A DNA stretch of 64,000 bases, taken from the NCBI GenBank assembly GCA_963814275.1, contig CAWFCE010000002.1:42537-106536 (forward strand), given 5' to 3'. Below are positions 19,743 through 28,543 of the stretch, piece by piece. The position numbers and the translations under genes are program-made. Under the pieces are notes generated by a model. That model made no database searches. It saw only the letters and a program-made list of their open reading frames with translations, and had not been told where the DNA came from. The number at the start of each line of letters is the position of its first letter. Position 1 is the stretch's first letter. The stretch is from Candidatus Parcubacteria bacterium (GTDB taxonomy: Bacteria > Patescibacteriota > Patescibacteriia > Patescibacteriales > UBA12075).

Positions 19743-22403
19743 TCATCTCGAAAATAATTTTTCCGGGACTTCTTCTTTTTCCTTCCTGTCTTGTTTTTCG
19801 TCATCATCATTGTCGTCCTCCTCGCTTTTTTCATCCTCTTCGTCCCCGTTATCGTCTTCACCCTCTTCCTCTTCCTCCTCCTCTTCTTCTTCATTATTAT
19901 CATCATCCTCGTTTTCCTTGTCTTCATCTTCCGGGTTGTCTTCCTCGTCACTATCTTCTTCTTCATCATCCTCGTCGCTTTCTTCTTCCTCATCGTCCTC
20001 TTCGCCATCAACCGGACGCATTACCGGCGGATGTTCGCTCTCATCCTCGCCCAGGTAGCTTTCCCGCGGCTGGCTGTCGGAGCGTGAATGGAGTGAAACG
20101 CCGGAAATCCCCTGATTCGACAAAGCGGCTAATTGCTGGCGGCTAACCAGGATTTCGCGCGGTTTGGCGCCGTTCGACGGCCCGACCACGCCCAATTCCT
20201 CCAATTGGTCCAAAATACTGGCGGCACGGGCATAACCTATCCGCATTTTACGCTGGAGGAATGAGGCCGAAGCCTTTTGAAATTTAACGATCACGTCCCT
20301 GGCTTCCACCAGAAGTTCATCTTCATCGCCTTTGGTGCCATCCAGGCCCACGCCAGCCACTCCTTTTACGGTCTGGCGTTCAGTGACATCGCTTAAAAAC
20401 TGCGGCCTGCCGCCCTTGTCCTTGATATAGCGGACAATCCGCTTGATCTCGCTTTCGGACAGGAACGCCCCCTGTAGACGCACCGGCTTGGATAATTCCG
20501 CGTTCAAATAAAGCATATCGCCGCGCCCCAAAAGCTTTTCCGCTCCCAGCGAATCCAAAATCGTCCGGGAATCGGTGCCCGAGGCGACTGAAAAAGCGAT
20601 CCGGCCCGGCATATTGGCTTTGATAAGACCGGTTATTACATCCACGCTCGGCCGCTGGGTAGCCAGCATCAGGTGAATACCGACGGCACGCGCCATTTGC
20701 GCCAGCCGGATCACGCTCGCCTCTATATCTTTGGCGTTAGCCACCATCAAATCGGCCAGCTCATCGATCACAAAAACGATAAACGGCATTTTGATCTTGG
20801 CTGTCTCGTTGTATGACTGGATATTGCGCTTGCCTAATTTTTGCAGGACCTCGAAGCGGCGGTCCATTTCATTGAGGCACCATTTGAGCGCGTTGATCGT
20901 TTTCGGCACCTCGGTTATGACCGGGGCCAATAGATATGGCGTACCGTTATAAGTCGGCAATTCGACCCGTTTCGGGTCGACCATGATGAAGCGCAGCTGG
21001 TCGGGCGTATTCTGATACATCAGGCTGACTATAATGGCGTTCAAGCACACGGACTTGCCCGAATTAGTCGCGCCGGCCACCAGGAGATGGGGCATCCGGG
21101 TCAGGTCATCGAGCCAGACTCCGCCGGCCACATCTTTGCCCAAGGCCATCATCATATCGCTTTTACGCTCCTTGTAGCGCTTGTTCGTCAGTATCTCCCG
21201 CAGGGTAACCACCGCTTTCGACTGGTTCGGCACTTCCACCCCGACCAAATGGGTGCCGGGGATAGGCGCCTCGATACGGATCGGGTGGGCGGCCAGGGCC
21301 AGGGCCAGATCATTCGACAATGTCGTTACGCGGGATAATTTTACCCCTTCGGCCGGCCGGAATGTATACTGGGTCACGGTCGGTCCGACACTGACATTGC
21401 CCATTTCGACCGGAATACCGAAATTCTGCAGGGAATTTTCGATTATTTTTTTATTCTGTTCAATATCGCCGCTGGTCGGTTTTTCCCGACTGCTGTCCAG
21501 TAATTTGACAGGCAGCTTGATATCAATCCCGGTGGGCGTCATCCACCAGATATCCTCCTCGGTTGCCTTGACTTCCTTGGCGGTAAAATGGGGTTCTTCC
21601 TCTTCCTCATTATCACCATCCTCTTCGTCGTTTTCCTCTTCTTCCTCTTCTTCCTCTTCTTCCTCTTCGCCCTCATCGTCTTCTTCATCCTCTTCGTCCT
21701 TGTCCTCGTCTTCTTCATCCTCGTCGTCGTTTTCCTCTTCATCCTCTTCGTCGTTTTCCTCTTCATCTTCTTCGTCCTTGTCCTCATCCTCTTCGTCCTC
21801 GTCATGATGGAAAAGCTTGCGGAAAATGAATTTTAGGGGGACAAATAAACGGGCAAAAATGCTTTCTCCACCGATCAAATTCTTAAGCGAAGTATCGAAG
21901 AGCATCAAAAGGGATACGATAAACAAAGCAAAGGTAAGCAGCAGGGAGGCAAAAAAGCCCATCAGCGTCAAAAGCGATCCGGCTAAAAAATTACCGATGT
22001 AACCGCCGCCGGCCCCGGCCGGCAAAGCCTGCTGCCATTCCCCATAAGGAATAAACAAAAATAATAAGGTATGAAAAGTCAGGATGAATAATATCAGGCC
22101 GATATAATTCTTGCCCCTGAGCTCGAACCGCTCCTCGTCGTAAAGCATATAGCCCCAGGCGAGAAAAACCAAAGGAATGAGCCAGCGGCCCCAACCGAAA
22201 CCCATCATAAGCCATCGGCGCAAATATTGGCCCAAGAGTCCGGCCATATCGAATAGTCCCAGGAGGCAGATAGCTCCCAGGGCGAGAATAAAGACGATAA
22301 ATATTCCTTTTTTGGTATCCGGATCCAGATCCAGCCGGGGAAGGCTGGGTAAACGGATATAATCAAGAGCGCTCCGGCGGCGCCGGCGACGGCGTGCAAC
22401 CAT
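19743..22403 (-). CDS. ftsK: DNA translocase FtsK with two extreme Asp/Glu-rich tracts
   Basis: N-terminal TM segments, Walker A GATNSGKS, Walker B VFVIDELADL, and a gamma winged helix (ASASFLQRKMRIGYARAASILDQLEELGVV). One acidic linker and a roughly 135-aa acidic tail follow the gamma domain. Confidence 0.9.
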   Translation of the reverse strand: MVARRRRRRRSALDYIRLPSLPRLDLDPDTKKGIFIVFILALGAICLLGLFDMAGLLGQYLRRWLMMGFGWGRWLIPLVFLAWGYMLYDEERFELRGKNYIGLILFILTFHTLLFLFIPYGEWQQALPAGAGGGYIGNFLAGSLLTLMGFFASLLLTFALFIVSLLMLFDTSLKNLIGGESIFARLFVPLKFIFRKLFHHDEDEEDEDKDEEDEEENDEEDEEENDDEDEEDEDKDEEDEEDDEGEEEEEEEEEEEENDEEDGDNEEEEEPHFTAKEVKATEEDIWWMTPTGIDIKLPVKLLDSSREKPTSGDIEQNKKIIENSLQNFGIPVEMGNVSVGPTVTQYTFRPAEGVKLSRVTTLSNDLALALAAHPIRIEAPIPGTHLVGVEVPNQSKAVVTLREILTNKRYKERKSDMMMALGKDVAGGVWLDDLTRMPHLLVAGATNSGKSVCLNAIIVSLMYQNTPDQLRFIMVDPKRVELPTYNGTPYLLAPVITEVPKTINALKWCLNEMDRRFEVLQKLGKRNIQSYNETAKIKMPFIVFVIDELADLMVANAKDIEASVIRLAQMARAVGIHLMLATQRPSVDVITGLIKANMPGRIAFSVASGTDSRTILDSLGAEKLLGRGDMLYLNAELSKPVRLQGAFLSESEIKRIVRYIKDKGGRPQFLSDVTERQTVKGVAGVGLDGTKGDEDELLVEARDVIVKFQKASASFLQRKMRIGYARAASILDQLEELGVVGPSNGAKPREILVSRQQLAALSNQGISGVSLHSRSDSQPRESYLGEDESEHPPVMRPVDGEEDDEEEESDEDDEEEDSDEEDNPEDEDKENEDDDNNEEEEEEEEEEGEDDNGDEEDEKSEEDDNDDDEKQDRKEKEEVPEKLFSR

Positions 22404-22866
22404 AGATATTTGTTTGATTTTATTAATTAATTCTTAGCGTTTTTAATATGCAACCAGACAGAATCTGCTTTATCCTTCATTAAAATTTTCAATGAATATC
22501 TAATTGTCTAATGCCAAAAAAGCTTTTAAAACGCGAAAAAAGGGAGATAAATACGCCCTTTGTGCTTATGATATTATACCATAATATAAGATAAAACCAA
22601 AGATTAAAACAAAAACCCGCCATAGCAAACGCAAAACGGAAGGCATAAATTATTAAATAATTTTATGAAAAAACAGCAAATTAAATGACACGCGAAAGGT
22701 TATGTTTGACTATCTCTTCCTGTCATCCCGACGACCCGCGGGAGGAGAGATCTACAATACATGAAATACGCGGCAAGAAGGCTTTGCGGGCTAACCGCGT
22801 ATTATAGATTTTTCACTCCGCTGCGGCTCCGTTTCGTAATAACAGAAAAATAGAATAAAATTTATC

Positions 22867-25180
22867 TTATTCCTTTCTGGATATTCGACGTGAGCGGAGC
22901 AAAAATACGATTATAAGCGCAATCATTGCCAAAGCAGCAATAAGCAAATATGCCGTGGGCGATCGATGCCTCTCCCGGGGAGGCAGAGCCCACTCGTCAT
23001 CAGTCTGGATCTCGCCCAATATCTGGCCCGAGTCCTCGGCTTCCGACAATTCGATATCTTCCCGGCCGCGGGGCAGGAGTCGAAAACCGGAGGCGGTCCG
23101 GTTTACTATGCCGCTGACCATAAGCCGGTCGCCGACCTTGATGCCGCCGGCGGCAATGCCGGTCGCCTCTTTGATATAAACCGGCACTTCGTTCGTACCG
23201 TCGTCAAGGTACAGGCTTGACCCCTTGCGTTCCACCACTTCCCCGCTTATGCTTACCAGGCGTCCGGCGGCATTTTCATCGATCTCATCGCAACGGCAGC
23301 CGGCCGGATCAGGCGGATCCTGATGGGCCAATATCCTAATATCATCCCGCGCAGCGGTCTTTATCCGCTTTTCGCCATAAGCTTCACTGATCTCACCACT
23401 GACTTCGACCAGGTCGCCAACTGCAAATTCAGGAAAATCCTTGCTGTAATTGTACACCTGAATGCCGGGCGACCCGACAATATAGAAATATTGCGCGCCC
23501 AATACGCCCGGCAAAACAGCCGCCGTGCCTTGCACTTTCACCCGGTCGCCTTTTTCAAAATCATGGACATGCTCCAGGGTGGTCACTGTCCTTGTTTCGG
23601 CAGCGGTAGCCGGCTTGGCGCTTATTTGTCCGGCAGCCTTAGTTGGCACCGCAATCTTAATGACGTTGCGGCTGCCCGGCGTGGCTTCCGCGGTCCAGCG
23701 CCATTCACCCGTTTCGTCGCGCGCGAAGGCCTCGCCCTCTTTGACGCCGCTATAGTCCACCTCATCCACGATCGATTCGTTGCGGTCGATCAAACGCACG
23801 GAATCTACCGTATTATTCAATGCCAGGCCGGTTTCTTCGCGGTCAAAAAGGAAGTACGCCCCCGGATCCAGCCACACTTCGGCAGGCAGCGTGTATGGCC
23901 GGCTGCCGCCCTCGCCGTCATCCAGCCGCCAGTCGCGCAGATTGACCCTGGTGCCCCCCTGGTTGTATATCTCGATCCATTCCCCTTCGCTGTCCGTTCC
24001 CGTCGGATTAGGCACGAATTCGGAAATTATCAGGCGGCCGCCCGATGCGCCTATGTCCGGATTTTCGATTATTAAAGTTTTTTCTATATATACCCGGTGC
24101 TCGCCGTCGTTGACAGCCAAACTGACCATATATTCCCCCGGCCGGAAAAAAGTATGTTCCGGTACGGGCAAAGTATTGGTTGCTCCATCGCCGAAATCCC
24201 AATAAAAAGCCAATTTATCGTTATCCGGATCGCTCGTGTCACTGCTATCGAACAATACCGGTTGCCCCAGGATGGCATAATCCGGGAAATCGAAGCCGAT
24301 CTCCGGCGGCAAATTTTCATGCACTATTACGTTCGCCTTACCGGGCGTGGCAGTTTGCGTCCAAAAATAGGCCGGAGAAACGGCGCCTTCCGATATCCGC
24401 GCCTCACCATCGGAAATGTCGGCCGCATAGCCCTCGCCTTCATTGGCCGGTCCGTACGGCAACGAACAAACCGGCTCATCCGCCGATGGAGAATACAGAT
24501 TGACCGTATCGCCGTTATTATTTAACGCGATCCCGCTCTCGGACCGATAAACCGCCAAGTATTCTCCGGGCCGGATGGCCAGCTGTCCGCCGGCAGACGC
24601 CAGATTATAGCGCCGGCTGCTCGAATCGCCCAGGCGCCAACCGTCAAGGACTATTGTTTCCATGCCGAAGTTATAGAGCTCGATGAATTCACCATCCTGG
24701 TCAGCGCCCCTGGGGTCGGGCAATATCTCGGATATGATAACTTCCTTCTTATCGTCGCCATTCGTCGCAGAGACTGTCGCGGCAAGCGGAGCAGCATCGT
24801 TCGGTGTTGAAATAATGTTTTCAGTGCCTTTGGTCGGAATACTCGTGAGCGAAAAATCCTCGGCATCGTTATAGCTGTTACGGCCGTCGAATATACGGGC
24901 AATACCCATAGGATCGCGGGCAGCCGGCGCGTTATTGGACACGCTGCCGTCATCCCAATCGCCGTAAGCCACACTGTCGATCAAAACGCCGTTTGTTTCC
25001 CTTAGTTCCACTATATCGCCCGAATTATTGAGATTGCCTTTGGGTTTATCCACGACAAACCAGCCGTGTGTTTTGATACTGCCATTAAGCGATGTCTTTG
25101 CGCCGCTTCCCTCTATGATCACCCAGGCAGTCATATCGATATCCTCCGAACCCGGATTGTAGAGCTCAACCCATTCGTTG
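22867..25180 (-). pseudogene. C-terminal portion of an LTD/PKD surface-protein gene interrupted by the island
   Basis: It begins mid-domain at ...NEWVELYNPGSEDIDMTAW. It contains several lamin-tail-like repeats (EFIELYN, EWIEIYNQG), a PKD-like FYWDFGDGATNT, and a C-terminal TM anchor. The apparent MTIN start is a GTG inside the island terminal repeat. Confidence 0.85.
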
Positions 25181-26773
25181 ATTGTCACTCAAAAATGGTA
25201 ACGTACAAAAAACCTCCATTTCATTTCCAGAGATATATATTTTATCAATCACACGTTTATATATATCCCGCCTTTGTTGCGGTTTAATATTTTTTAGGTT
25301 GCGGGTATATTGAGCAAACATTTTAGTTAAATCTCTTTTTATTTGTTCCTTATTGTCATTAAATAATTGCCTTTCATTTAATTTATTAAGCTCTTTTATC
25401 ATTTCTTTCATTTCACCTTCAAGCTCTACTTTCTTTTTATAATAAATCTCTTTTAGAATTTGTTCATCTAAATACAAATCTAACAATCTTTTACTTTTAT
25501 CCTTTGCTGAGGCAATTAATTTTTCCAGCTCTTTGGTTCTGCTCATTATTTGAGCTGAGCTAATTTTTTTAGTTCTCATTTTTTCCATTAATCCCATCAC
25601 AACATCTGGATTAGAAATTATACTTTGTATCTTCTCCCACACAGGCGGCTCAATCATTTTTTCAGTCACACTGCCTGAATCGCATAAATTCTGTCGAAAA
25701 CTTGATAAGCTCCCATAACATTTATATCTAATTGACGGTTTATTTTTAGCATTACAATTATTGTAGCCACCATATTTATAACCACATTTTTTGCATAAAA
25801 TCATCCCCCCAAATAAATAAAGGTGTTTTGCTTTGCGCGTCGAGTATTGTTTATTTTTTCTGATTTGCTCCTGAACAGCTTGATGTTGAGCTTCGGTAAT
25901 TATTTGTGGGGTTTTAATTATTATCCAATCCTCTCTGGGTCGTAGGTTCTCATCATTTTTCACGCTCCCAACCTTCTTATATTTCCGATAAGTGAATTCA
26001 CCGCTGTACACCTCATTTTCAAGAATGCGATGAATTGTTCTGGTATTCCAAAAATATCTACCATTGGTCTTTTTGCTTCTTTTTGTTTTTTGGATAGCCT
26101 CATCTGATTTATTCTGTTTTTCTGATTGACTAATTAAATTATCAACCTTAGTAGGCACCTCTAAGGCTAACAGTCTCTTTTGTATTTTATATAAACTTAA
26201 ATGCTCTGTTATCACCCAATTATACATTTTACGGACCCATTTAGCTTCATCCTCATTTATAACTAGCATTTTCGTTTCTTTATTTAAGTTATAACCATAT
26301 GGTGGAGAACCCGCCCAATGATTTTTTTTCTTTGCCTCTAGCTGACCCATAAGCGTTCGGTCACGAATCATATCTCTCTCAAGTTCTGCGACCAAACCAA
26401 ACACCTGCATAAATGTTTTTCCTTGAGCTGAATTAGTATTTATGTTCTCTTTCACTGAAATGAAACCAACACCAAATTGTTTTAATTCGTCTACCATATT
26501 AAGTAACAAACGCAAATTGCGTGCATAGCGGTCTGTTTTATAAACGATAACAACATCAAATTTTTTTTCTCTTGCCCCCTTCATCAGCCTTTGAAGTTGT
26601 GGACGTTCTGACAAAAAACCACTATATCCCTCCTCTCTGAATATGAACTCTTTTGAATGTTTGAATCCATTATTTTCACAATACTTGATTAATTCCTCCT
26701 CCTGAACATCAAGGCTACATCCTTTAACCTGTTCATCGGAACTCACTCTAGTATAGATTGCTGCAGTTTCCAT
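25166..26773 (-). CDS. large serine recombinase (integrase)
   Basis: Resolvase catalytic domain (AAIYTRVSSDEQ, ...YKTDRYARN), a recombinase domain, a zinc ribbon (CKKCGYKY...CYGS...C) and a long coiled coil. The last 3 codons and the stop lie in host DNA beyond the crossover. Confidence 0.9.
   Translation of the reverse strand: METAAIYTRVSSDEQVKGCSLDVQEEELIKYCENNGFKHSKEFIFREEGYSGFLSERPQLQRLMKGAREKKFDVVIVYKTDRYARNLRLLLNMVDELKQFGVGFISVKENINTNSAQGKTFMQVFGLVAELERDMIRDRTLMGQLEAKKKNHWAGSPPYGYNLNKETKMLVINEDEAKWVRKMYNWVITEHLSLYKIQKRLLALEVPTKVDNLISQSEKQNKSDEAIQKTKRSKKTNGRYFWNTRTIHRILENEVYSGEFTYRKYKKVGSVKNDENLRPREDWIIIKTPQIITEAQHQAVQEQIRKNKQYSTRKAKHLYLFGGMILCKKCGYKYGGYNNCNAKNKPSIRYKCYGSLSSFRQNLCDSGSVTEKMIEPPVWEKIQSIISNPDVVMGLMEKMRTKKISSAQIMSRTKELEKLIASAKDKSKRLLDLYLDEQILKEIYYKKKVELEGEMKEMIKELNKLNERQLFNDNKEQIKRDLTKMFAQYTRNLKNIKPQQRRDIYKRVIDKIYISGNEMEVFCTLPFLSDNQRMG
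25175..25195. repeat. left junction (attL-like): core TCGTTG + island half-site TTGTCACTCAAAAA
   Basis: The core is identical to 40808-40813. 25182-25195 is the reverse complement (13/14) of 40789-40802. Confidence 0.8.
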
Positions 26774-27146
26774 ATATTTGCTAATATTAAATGTTTATAC
26801 TATTAATTATATCACACACGAAACTTTTATTGCTAATTTTAGCATTTTATTTTACCCCAGTTCGCATAAACCGACCCCATATTTATTCAACTAAACTGAA
26901 GTATTATTATTTATATTCTGAAAATAGTTTTTTCCTCTTTACCGTAGGTAAGAGGAAAATGTTTTCTATCAGAATATATTTATATCAGAATAATTATATA
27001 TATTATTTGCAGTTCCTGGAGAACGACCCAGGGGCTTCAGGTAAACTGGCATAATTGTTTTTAAAAACCGACCTCGCTGGTTTATAAAAACATACTGCTG
27101 AAGCCCCGTTTTCAAAAATCAGGGTCGAGAGATATTATGCTCCGAA

Positions 27147-27590
27147 TTATTCATCGGATTTTATTTTATTTTTATATCTGGGGCAACTCTCACATTCTTC
27201 TTTACAGCCCCAACAAGAGTCTAATTCGTAATCTGATAATTTACAGTTCAATAATCTAACTTTGTCAGTAAGACAAAAACAGGGCTTGATATAATTATGT
27301 ATATATCGTTTTACTAATTTATATTTAATAAGTTTATTGACCCGTTTCTGTATAGGCGAGCTGCTTGTTATTTTAATCAACGGCAACTCTTTACGCATAT
27401 TCTTATAATCAACCCAAACATAAATATCATCAGGCTTATTATTGTCACTGAATCTTACTAATCTTGAGTTTTTACTTTGGCACATCTTCATTATAAATGC
27501 CAGGATTGCTCCGTCAATCAAATCAAGTTCTCCCCCTCCGATTGTCTGTAGAACTTTTTGATTGATGAATATGTTGTACATCATACGCAT
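27147..27590 (-). CDS. putative winged-helix DNA-binding protein with Cys-rich C-terminus
   Basis: The region LDLIDGAILAFIMKMCQ...IQKRVNKLIKYKLVKRY looks wHTH-like, and the C-terminus is CWGCKEECESCPRYK. Function not established. Confidence 0.4.
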   Translation of the reverse strand: MRMMYNIFINQKVLQTIGGGELDLIDGAILAFIMKMCQSKNSRLVRFSDNNKPDDIYVWVDYKNMRKELPLIKITSSSPIQKRVNKLIKYKLVKRYIHNYIKPCFCLTDKVRLLNCKLSDYELDSCWGCKEECESCPRYKNKIKSDE

Positions 27591-27707
27591 TGTTCTTATT
27601 ATTTAAATTAAATACAAAATCAATCAGCTCTTCCATGATGGCCCGACCTTTAATATCATCTTCTGAGTATATGATTTTGATTTTAGGTTTATTCATTATT
27701 AAACAAA

Positions 27708-27801
27708 AAAACTTTAAAATTTTAAGTTTGACGCGGGTTAGGTTGGTATAGACCTATTCAGGATTGGGCCTGAAACGTCAAACTTATAATTTTAAAGTTT
27801 T
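27708..27801. repeat. long inverted repeat (26-bp arms, 42-nt GC-richer loop)
   Basis: aaaactttaaaattttaagtttgacg (27708-27733) pairs with cgtcaaacttataattttaaagtttt (27776-27801) with one mismatch. Confidence 0.75.
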
Positions 27802-27822
27802 GGATATACCATTTACCCTTTT

Positions 27823-27850
27823 AAAAAAAGCCAATGCTTTTGCATTGGCT
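27823..27850 (-). terminator. intrinsic terminator after the 148-aa zinc-ribbon gene
   Basis: The stem gccaatgc/gcattggc with loop tttt is followed on the minus strand by U7. Confidence 0.65.
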
Positions 27851-27916
27851 AAAACAAAAAACGCCTCTGAAACACCACCATAATTTATGGTTGTATTTCA
27901 GAAGCGTCGTTTTTTC
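27851..27916. terminator. long hairpin with U-tracts on both strands (bidirectional terminator-like)
   Basis: acgcctctgaaa...tttcagaagcgt is flanked by an A-run upstream and a T-run downstream. The single mismatch is a G-U pair only in the minus-strand RNA. Confidence 0.55.
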
Positions 27917-27997
27917 GTCCGCACATCGGTGGTTCGTCCGATGTTCATTATTCAATTATCAAATCTATATACAGAATAGCACACGAATAAATTTGTG

Positions 27998-28444
27998 TCA
28001 AGATTTAATGGCTGAATAATCCATTCCAATATGTTTACCTGTTTTTCTAAGTACTTCTAAATCGTGCAGTTGCCCACATTTTGGACAGTTAATGATTGCA
28101 TTTATACATTCAATTGAATTAACTCTGCCAGTAAATATTGTTATAGTGTCCTGAGGCGCATCATCATCAGGTTTTATTCCTAATTTGTTTGCCTTCTTGC
28201 ATATTGAACATTTACAATTATTTATCTCAGAAACATTTTTAATCTCACATTTAAATGTCGGGTGTTTTTTGCAAGTTATTTTGACCGGCATATAAAAAGC
28301 CATTTTTCTGTTTTCAGTGGTTTTTAAATTTTTCGGCAAATTAGGTATATAGTAATTTTCTTCTTCATTGAATTGGGCTATAAATTCGCCGCAATCTTCA
28401 CAGTATAATTTTTTCTTATTCATATAGTTTTGCAATTTATGCAA
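27998..28444 (-). CDS. multi-zinc-ribbon small protein
   Basis: Paired Cys motifs are present: CEDCGEF, CKKH...CE, CKCSICKK, CPKCGQ. Confidence 0.5.
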   Translation of the reverse strand: MHKLQNYMNKKKLYCEDCGEFIAQFNEEENYYIPNLPKNLKTTENRKMAFYMPVKITCKKHPTFKCEIKNVSEINNCKCSICKKANKLGIKPDDDAPQDTITIFTGRVNSIECINAIINCPKCGQLHDLEVLRKTGKHIGMDYSAIKS

Positions 28445-28543
28445 TTTATTTTACCTAATATTTGAATAAAATATTATCATTATTTTATTAAATTTCGTCA
28501 AAACCAATTTTAATGTATAAAAAATATGTATTTTTTATACAGA

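Noticed and set aside
19678-21836. Ser-rich, Lys/Arg-rich and Phe/Leu-rich ORFs overlap the ftsK acidic tracts (19678..20058, 19712..20011, 19791..20087, 21181..21807, 21539..21805, 21588..21836).
   Set aside because: They are alternative-frame or antisense readings of the GAA/GAT-rich repeats that encode the FtsK Asp/Glu tracts. They are not independent genes.
22700-22800. GC-rich imperfect palindromes downstream of the LTD gene (tgtcatcccgacgacccgcgggaggagagatc; atacgcgg...ccgcgtat), considered as a possible mobile-element scar or ncRNA. Similar GC-rich palindromes occur at 61440-61550.
   Set aside because: They are single occurrences with only modest stems. They most simply act as terminator-like hairpins, and there is no supporting evidence for anything more.
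26791-27054. 87-aa plus-strand ORF between the recombinase and the wHTH-like gene. The 27834..28019 ORF is similar.
   Set aside because: The translations are hydrophobic or Tyr-rich low-complexity sequence typical of AT-rich non-coding DNA. The regions are better explained by hairpins and terminators.
27523-27696. Possible 57-codon minus-strand ORF (MNKPKIKIIYSEDDIKGRAIMEELIDFVFNL...) overlapping the start of the 147-aa gene.
   Set aside because: I did not list it as a feature. It is short, has no motif, overlaps the next gene by about 70 nt out of frame, and has no clear RBS. It could still be a small excisionase-like gene and is worth a profile search.
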